From the NCBI GenBank assembly GCA_965200785.1, contig CBDAVA010000002.1, positions 291,366 to 355,365 of the forward strand: 64,000 nt of DNA. Direction: 5' to 3'. The stretch comes from Alphaproteobacteria bacterium (GTDB lineage: Bacteria > Pseudomonadota > Alphaproteobacteria > Bin95). Position 1 is the first letter of the stretch. Each line of letters opens with the position of its first letter. The notes beneath the pieces are model-generated. The model did not search any database and was not told the DNA's origin. It saw only the letters and a program-made list of their open reading frames with translations. Below are positions 27,258 through 33,840 of this stretch, piece by piece. A program made the translations under genes and the position numbers.

Positions 27258-28676
27258 TTACACATTTCCGGGGCAGGGCTTGAAGCCGATGGCCTTCTCG
27301 ACCGCGGCGGCGATCGCGAGGACCGTTTCGTCAGAGCCGCGCGGACCGTCGATTTCCATGCCGATGGGAAGGCCCGACGCTGTCAGACCGATCGGAAGCG
27401 AAAGGCCTGGAATGCCTGCATTGCTGCCCGGATCAGTGTTCTGAATGTAGGTGGCGAAGGTCGGTACACGGTCGCCATTAAGCGCGATCGTCTCGTCCTC
27501 GCCAATTGGCCGCGCGGATACCGGCGCGGTCGGAAAGACAACAGCTTCCACGCCGTTATCCCCGAAACAGGAGGCGTAGGCGCGCTGTAAATCCGGACGC
27601 GCCACGTTCAGGGCCTGCAGATAATCCGCCTCCCGTGTGGCACTGTCGCCCAGCTGGCTGCCGAAGATCGCCTTGACATCCGGGCTTCTGACGCGCGCGA
27701 ATACGTCCTCAATCGAAAGCCCGACCTCGTTCTCGGTCAGATAGCGGGAAAGATCGCGAATGAACTCGAACAGCGCAACCGGAAATCCGACCGCCCGGTT
27801 CAGTTCCGCAAGGCCGGGAATATTGACGTCAACGAGGTCGACGCCGGCATTCGAAAGCAGATCGAGCGTCCGGTTGGACGCGGTCGCGACTTCCGTTTCC
27901 AGATTGTCATAAAAGACGTTGCGAGGGACGCCGAGGCGCAGCCCCCTGAGTTCGCGTTCCGCCGCTGATGGCGCAGTGTTCGCCATCACCGCATCCAGCA
28001 ACCGGATGTCGGCGACGCATCGCGCTATTGGTCCGGCCGTATCCCGCGTGTGCGAGATCGGAATGACTCCGGCGCCGGGATAGCGCCCGACGCTCGGTCG
28101 AAATCCGACTGCGCCGCAAAGCGCTGCCGGCAGACGAACGGACCCGCCAGTGTCGGTCCCAATTCCTCCGGGCATCAAGCGTGCGGCGACGGCGACGGCA
28201 ACGCCGCCACTCGAACCCCCGGGAATCATTGACGGATCGTAAGGGTTGCGCGACGCGCCTGTGACGGGGTTGTTCGTCGTAATGCCGAACGCCAATTCGT
28301 GCATGTTGCCCTTGGCGCCGAGAAGGGCGCCGGCGTCGAACAAGGCATCGGCGACCGGAGCATTGCAGGGCGCGATATAATGCCTCAGCGCCTCCGTGGC
28401 GGCGCTTGTCGTGAGGCGTGTCGTATTGATGTTGTCCTTGAGGACGAGCGGGATGCCGGCAAGCCCGATTCCGGCGTTTCCACCCGCATCCGCGTCGCAT
28501 GCTTCCCGCAGCAGGGCCTCCCAATCGTGAGAAACGAACGGGTTGAGACCGGCATTGGTCTCGCAGCGCGCGATCAGCGCTTCCACATATTCGCGACAGG
28601 AGCACGCCTTTTCCCGGAGCGCCGCTCGGGCCTCGGAAATGGTTAACTCCACCAAATCGGCGTCCGGCAAACCCAT
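27258..28676 (-). CDS. amidase (amidase-signature family)
   Basis: 472 aa. Contains the Gly/Ser-rich signature GGSSGGVAVAVAARLMPGGIGTDTGGSVRLPAALCG. It is the first gene of the minus-strand operon. Confidence 0.92.
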   Translation of the reverse strand: MGLPDADLVELTISEARAALREKACSCREYVEALIARCETNAGLNPFVSHDWEALLREACDADAGGNAGIGLAGIPLVLKDNINTTRLTTSAATEALRHYIAPCNAPVADALFDAGALLGAKGNMHELAFGITTNNPVTGASRNPYDPSMIPGGSSGGVAVAVAARLMPGGIGTDTGGSVRLPAALCGAVGFRPSVGRYPGAGVIPISHTRDTAGPIARCVADIRLLDAVMANTAPSAAERELRGLRLGVPRNVFYDNLETEVATASNRTLDLLSNAGVDLVDVNIPGLAELNRAVGFPVALFEFIRDLSRYLTENEVGLSIEDVFARVRSPDVKAIFGSQLGDSATREADYLQALNVARPDLQRAYASCFGDNGVEAVVFPTAPVSARPIGEDETIALNGDRVPTFATYIQNTDPGSNAGIPGLSLPIGLTASGLPIGMEIDGPRGSDETVLAIAAAVEKAIGFKPCPGNV

Positions 28677-28765
28677 GTCTCTTCACGACCTCGAACCGGG
28701 TTTCCTGAATCGGGCCGTGCGATGCGGCTCGCCCGGAAACACGTCGGCATTGTAGATGGTGTGGA

Positions 28766-28807
28766 GCGCCTGCGAATATCCTCAATATTGAGGATATTCG
28801 CAGGCGC
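28766..28807. repeat. perfect 42-bp palindrome (candidate operator or cruciform) upstream of the amidase operon
   Basis: GCGCCTGCGAATATCCTCAAT|ATTGAGGATATTCGCAGGCGC. All 21 mirrored pairs were checked base by base. The symmetry breaks at 28765/28808. The core is AT-rich in a GC-rich genome. It sits 90 bp upstream of the amidase ATG at 28676. Confidence 0.9.
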
Positions 28808-29339
28808 CGCGTTGTTGCCGCAGGGCAATCGCCTTACCCCCTTCAACTATGAACGCATGTGGTGCGTTATTCGGAACCCGGGCAGACCTCTGGAGGGGCG
28901 CCCCATGGCCGTCTCATGACAACTTGGCTACCCGATTGGCTGGTGAAGCGTCGCAACGCCGAAGTCGTTCAGGGTGTAGATAACGACGCTCGTTCCCGGC
29001 CCGGTCGGCCCCCTGGGCTGCACGGCCCGGGAGGTTTTTCACGAGATCATTGGCGGCGGTCAGGCATCGCTCGACAAACCATGGGGAAGCCTGTCGCCCC
29101 ATGATCGCGTCCTGCTCTATTGCTATTTCAACCACATCTGGACGAACGCATCCCGGATAATTCACGTTGTTTGCTTATTTGGGTTGGCGGGCGTGTACTA
29201 AGTTGTTGCAATGGGGTGTGAATAGTTGTGCATGCTGCACATCACGCCGACAACTCGGAAATCCCCGCCCGCCATGTCCGATCCTGCGCCGTTTCTCCCC
29301 GGTTTGTCACCCTTGAAAGGCCGTTCGGGGTCGTCGCCC

Positions 29340-29690
29340 GCACCCGCCGGGTGTGATGCTGCGGGTGCACTGCGTGCAGTTGTTGGAGAAGCACGGTCTG
29401 GGCGAAGCGGTGTTCGAGGAGATCAACGCGCATCTGGCCGCACTCGGACACCGATTGAAGACGGGGGTGATCGTGGACGCGAGCCTCATCGCTGCACCGT
29501 CGTCGACGAAGACCCGCAAGGGCGGGCGAGACCCGCAGATGCACCGGACGAAGAAGGGCAATCAGTGGTATTTCGGGATGAAGAGGCATATCGCAGTGAA
29601 CGCGCAGTCGGCGCTGGTGCGCAGCTTGGAGACGACACCGGCGAACAGCTCGGACGCGGCGCCGGCGCACGTGCTGTTTCATGATGAAAC
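29340..29690 (+). pseudogene. IS5-family (IS5-group) transposase fragment with an internal deletion
   Basis: Reads [111 protein letters not shown]. The [35 protein letters not shown] signature of IS5 transposases is recognisable. The N- and C-terminal parts are missing. Confidence 0.75.
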
Positions 29691-30086
29691 TCCTGTCGCT
29701 CCCGCCGATCTGCTATCGCCCCTCATGGTGGCGCTGGCCGACATGGGCGCCGGCAGCGCCGATGGGGAGTGATCAGTCTCGCCGCCGTTCATCAGCGCGT
29801 CAATTCGGTCGGCGATGCGCTGCGCCGGACCGCGGAGTTGGCCGATGCTCCAGTCGGCGGCGTCGCCTTCGGTGACGTCGGTGGGCCGGGCGTGGTTGAC
29901 CAGCCGCTTGGTCAGAGAGGGCGGCAGCATCCGCTCGCGCTCGGCCACGGTCATGAAACAGTTGCGCAGGCCATGATACCAGAACCTGGAGCCGCCGGCC
30001 TTGCCGATCCTCGCGTAGAGATGACGGGGGTCCTCAACATGGCCCGAGGTGCTGGTGAGAGAAGGGAAGATCCAGCCTTGGATACA
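29679..30086 (-). pseudogene. tyrosine recombinase/integrase C-terminal fragment
   Basis: My translation: CIQGWIFPSLTSTSGHVEDPRHLYARIGKAGGSRFWYHGLRNCFMTVAERERMLPPSLTKRLVNHARPTDVTEGDAADWSIGQLRGPAQRIADRIDALM. The HxLR and NH boxes are present. The ~250 N-terminal residues are absent. The expected nucleophile Tyr position (TEGY) reads Asp. Confidence 0.65.
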
Positions 30087-30235
30087 GGACCTGCTCCGCT
30101 GTCCTGAACCAGGCCGGAGGCTGGAACACGGGAGGCGGACAGGCTAGGCTTGCGCCCGAATGGAAGCATGCGGCCCGCTCGGACGAGCGGGTCGGGCGCG
30201 TGTGCAGGCGACGCTTCATCAAGAGGGAGAGAAGC

Positions 30236-31258
30236 ATGAAGAATGGAATCCGGTTGCTTCTGAGATCGGCCGTGCTTGCCGTATCGACCGCCGCGATCGG
30301 CGCGGCGGCCCAGGCCGAGGAGATCAAGCTGCGTTGGGGCCACTATCTGCCCAACAGCGCCTTCGTGCAGGTCGAAAAGAATTTCGCCGAGAAGATCGAG
30401 GAACGCACGAACGGCCGGGTGAAGATCGAGATCACCTTTGCCGGCGGCCTTGGCAAGGGCCCGGAAGTCGCCATTCTCGCCGGTCGCGGGGCCATCGATA
30501 TGGCTTCGGTCGCGCCGGGCTACTATCCGGATCAATTACTGTTCTGGAAGGCCTACCAGATTCCTTTCGTCTTCGACGAACCGAAGCAGGCGATCGAGAT
30601 TCTCTACAAGTCCTACGACAAGTTCCCGACCTTCAAGGAGGAGCTGGACAAGATCAACGTCAACTACCTGTTCCAGCAGCCGCTCGGCTCCTATTACCTG
30701 ACCGGCCCGGACTCGAATTGCGACACTGTGGAGGCGTTGAAGGGCAAGAAAATCCGCAGCTTCGGCGCGGATCTGCCGAAAATGCACGCCGCCATCGGCG
30801 CGGTTCCGGTCACGGTGCGGCCGACAGAGGTCTATGAGGCGCTGCAGCGCGGGACCATCGACTACTCGTTCCTGAATGCCGGCAATGTGGAGAGCCTGCG
30901 CCTCTACGAACCCGGCAAATACAGTTGCGGCACGGTCATGACGATCGCGGGCCACCTGATCGTTATCGGCAAACGGGCCTGGGACAAGCTGCCGAAGGAC
31001 ATCCAGGATATCTTTGCGGACCAGGCGGCGAAGAGCCAGAAGGAATATCTGGACTGGCTGGAGACCGGCACCGCCTCGTCGATCGCCAATATTGAAAAGG
31101 CGGGCGGCGTGTTCAAGGAATTCCCGGCATCCGAGCTGGCGAAGTGGAAGGCCGCCACGCCGGACCTGCTGAAGGGCTGGGAGGAAAGCATGGCCGGGCG
31201 TGGCCTCGGCGACCAGGCCGCAGAAGTCGCCGCTGCCTGGCGCGAGTGGACAAAGTAG
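30236..31258 (+). CDS. TRAP transporter substrate-binding protein (DctP family)
   Basis: ATG at 30236 follows GAGGGAGAGAAGC. The protein starts MKNGIRLLLRSAVLAVSTAAIGAAAQAEEIKLRWGHYLP. The Q and M subunits follow. Confidence 0.9.
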   Translation: MKNGIRLLLRSAVLAVSTAAIGAAAQAEEIKLRWGHYLPNSAFVQVEKNFAEKIEERTNGRVKIEITFAGGLGKGPEVAILAGRGAIDMASVAPGYYPDQLLFWKAYQIPFVFDEPKQAIEILYKSYDKFPTFKEELDKINVNYLFQQPLGSYYLTGPDSNCDTVEALKGKKIRSFGADLPKMHAAIGAVPVTVRPTEVYEALQRGTIDYSFLNAGNVESLRLYEPGKYSCGTVMTIAGHLIVIGKRAWDKLPKDIQDIFADQAAKSQKEYLDWLETGTASSIANIEKAGGVFKEFPASELAKWKAATPDLLKGWEESMAGRGLGDQAAEVAAAWREWTK

Positions 31259-31334
31259 GGGCCGCAGGCGCCTTCCCGGCTGTTTGCGCGGCGCATGAAA
31301 GCGCGGCCGCACTGACCGAAGGCGGCGCAATGCC

Positions 31335-31931
31335 ATGACGAACAGGCTCTCCCGCCTGCTCGAGTCCACCGCGCTGGGAATCCTGCTGGTCGGCGGGCTG
31401 GGCCTCATCGCCTCGACTTTCCTCGGCACGGCCGACGTCGTCGGCACGCAGATGTTCGGCGTGCCGGTGCCGGGCGCCACCGAGATCACCGAGAGCACGA
31501 TGGTGCTCATCGTCTTCGGCGCGCTGACCTATACGCAGATTCGGCGCAGCCACATCCGGGTTGAGCTGCTTTACATGCGGGTCGGCGCGCGCGGGCAGGC
31601 CGCGATGGACGTGTTCGCGAGCCTGATGGCGCTGCTGTTCTTCTCGCTGTTGCTCTGGCAGGCGGTACACGAAGCGCTGTTCAGCATCCGGATCGACGAG
31701 GCGACTTTCGGCCTCGTGCGGCTGCCGCTCTGGCCGGCGCGCATCGTTCTCGCGGCCGGCACGGCGCTGCTCATCCTCCAGCTGCTGCTCGACCTGGCCG
31801 CCGATCTCGACCGCCTCGTCAAGGGCGGCAAGGCGCTCTCGGTGCAGGAAATCATCGAGCGCGACATCGGCGGAATCGAAAACCTGCCGACGGCGGAAAT
31901 GATGGACCGCGGCGGCGGGGAGGACCGATAG
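31335..31931 (+). CDS. TRAP transporter small permease (DctQ family)
   Basis: 198 aa with four hydrophobic segments, positioned between the P and M subunits. Confidence 0.85.
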   Translation: MTNRLSRLLESTALGILLVGGLGLIASTFLGTADVVGTQMFGVPVPGATEITESTMVLIVFGALTYTQIRRSHIRVELLYMRVGARGQAAMDVFASLMALLFFSLLLWQAVHEALFSIRIDEATFGLVRLPLWPARIVLAAGTALLILQLLLDLAADLDRLVKGGKALSVQEIIERDIGGIENLPTAEMMDRGGGEDR

Positions 31932-31935
31932 CCCC

Positions 31936-33246
31936 GTGCTCGATCCCGCAACCGTCGGCGTTCTCGTCGCCCTGGCGCTCGCCGCGATGCTGGGCGCGGG
32001 CGTGCATATCGGCGTGGCTCTCGGCCTGAGCGGCGTGTGGGGCACGTTCCTCGCCATCGGACCCGACGCCGCCTGGGCGCAGCTTGCGACGATTCCCTTC
32101 AGCACCACGAACTCCTTTACGCTCGCGGTCATTCCGCTGTTCATCCTGATGGGGTCGCTCGCGACGCAGGCGGGGCTGACGACAGACCTTTACCGTGCGG
32201 CCTACAACTGGCTCGGCCGGTTGCCCGGCGGGCTCGCCATGGCGACGACGCTCGCTTCGGCCGCCTTCGGCGCGGCCAGCGGATCGACCGTGGTCAACGC
32301 CGCCGTCTTCACCAAGATGGCGCTGCCGCAAATGACCTCTTTCGGCTACGACCGGCGGCTCAGCGCCGGCTGCATCGCCGCTTCGGGCACGCTTGCCTCG
32401 TTGATTCCGCCGAGCATCCTGATGGTCATTTACGCCATCCTGACCGAACAGTCGGTGGCGCTGTTGCTGGTGGCGGGCCTCGTGCCGGGCCTCCTGTCGG
32501 CGGCGCTCTACATGGCCGGCATCTACGCCATCGCGAAGCGGTTCCCCGATATCGCACCGCGCTCCGAAATCCGGGTTTCCTGGGCCCGGCGCTGGCGCTC
32601 CCTCTACGGTGTGTGGGGCATTGCCTTCCTGTTTCTCCTGGTCATCGGCGGCATCTACACCGGCTTTTTCGTGCCGACCTATGCCGGCGCCATCGGCGCG
32701 TTCGGCGCGTTTCTGATCGTCGTCTTCAAGCGCCGACTCAATACCCGCACCGCTGTCGATACCTTCAAGGACGCTGGCGTCACCACCTCGTCGATCTTCA
32801 TCATCGTGATCGGCGGCATCATCTTCGCGCGCTATCTCACCTATACCGGCATCGTCAACGACATCACGGCCTCCCTGCTGGCGCTGGAGCTCGGCAAATA
32901 CACATATCTGTTCGCGTTCGCGGCAATCTATCTCGTGCTCGGCATGCTGATCGACCCGATCGCGATCATGGTGATTACGCTGCCGGTCATGTATCCGATC
33001 CTGACCCAGGCGGGCTTCGACCCGATCTGGCTCGGAGTCATCGCGATCAAGCTCGCGGAGGTCTCGCTCATCACGCCGCCGGTCGGCCTGAATGTCTATG
33101 TCGTGCGCAGCGCCTCGCCGATCCCGCTGAGACTGGAGGAAGTATTTGCGGGTGTGACGCCATTCCTCGCCATCGACATCCTGACGCTGCTGCTACTGAT
33201 CGCGCTTCCGGAGATCAGCCTCTTCCTGCCGTCGCTGATGCGTTGA
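31936..33246 (+). CDS. TRAP transporter large permease (DctM family)
   Basis: 436-aa polytopic protein with a GTG start 5 nt after the dctQ stop. Confidence 0.9.
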   Translation: MLDPATVGVLVALALAAMLGAGVHIGVALGLSGVWGTFLAIGPDAAWAQLATIPFSTTNSFTLAVIPLFILMGSLATQAGLTTDLYRAAYNWLGRLPGGLAMATTLASAAFGAASGSTVVNAAVFTKMALPQMTSFGYDRRLSAGCIAASGTLASLIPPSILMVIYAILTEQSVALLLVAGLVPGLLSAALYMAGIYAIAKRFPDIAPRSEIRVSWARRWRSLYGVWGIAFLFLLVIGGIYTGFFVPTYAGAIGAFGAFLIVVFKRRLNTRTAVDTFKDAGVTTSSIFIIVIGGIIFARYLTYTGIVNDITASLLALELGKYTYLFAFAAIYLVLGMLIDPIAIMVITLPVMYPILTQAGFDPIWLGVIAIKLAEVSLITPPVGLNVYVVRSASPIPLRLEEVFAGVTPFLAIDILTLLLLIALPEISLFLPSLMR

Positions 33247-33257
33247 CGGCCGCCGCC

Positions 33258-33620
33258 GCGGCGCTGGCGCGACCATGTCTTCAGGGTGCGGTAGCGGAAC
33301 TCGGCGAACAGGCAGGCCGGCTGGCCGCTCTCCAGCGGCGCACAGCCCCGACGACGCCCCTCAAGCCGGTCAAGCGCCACACCTGGCGCCGGATCATGGC
33401 GCAACGCGTCGTGGTCCAACAGGTCCTCATAGCCCAGCGCAATGGCAAACACTCGCTGGCCCACCAGGGTCGTCACATCGTGCACAACACGATCCGCAGA
33501 GCGACCGTCCGAAAAGCAGGCCGCAAACCGCTCCACCAGACCAATCGCCCGGTCCGCCGCCGCCAGCAGCAGCGCGCCGGCATTCGAGGTCAACACACCA
33601 CCGCCAAAAGTCAGCCACAC
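33258..33620 (-). pseudogene. IS1380-family transposase relic (N-terminal segment fused to a short distal segment)
   Basis: FGGGVLTSNAGALLLAAADRAIGLVERFAACFSDGRSADRVVHDVTTLVGQRVFAIALGYEDLLDHDALRHDP matches the conserved IS1380 transposase N-terminus. The sequence then jumps to FAEFRYRTLKTWSRQRR. The catalytic domain is missing. The ORF reads through into the dctM 3' end only by chance. Confidence 0.7.
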
Positions 33621-33840
33621 CCTTCCGCCCCTTCAGGCGTGTAAAACACATCGATCCCAGACTACACTCTGCCAGCATCGGGGAACGCCTCTGCAAATGA
33701 TCAAGTCTCTGTCGCAAAAGAACTTTCTCATATGCAGAACCCCGATGCACTCAATCCCGTGAGAAAGTCGGGCTAGGGCAACAGGCTGCCACCTCATTTC
33801 CGCCCCGGCAAAACCGTGCAACCGGAAATGAGCTTCCCGC

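Noticed and set aside
28914-29165. 83-aa minus-strand ORF (MNYPGCVRPDVVEIAIEQDAIMGRQASPWFVERCL...) in the graveyard region
   Set aside because: I recognise no family and see no SD. It lies among fragments and may be another relic, but I cannot support a call.
33793-33832. Hairpin downstream of the FGE-like gene as an intrinsic terminator
   Set aside because: A 10-bp stem with a 20-nt loop and no U-tract is not convincing as a terminator. It may belong to the IS1380 end.
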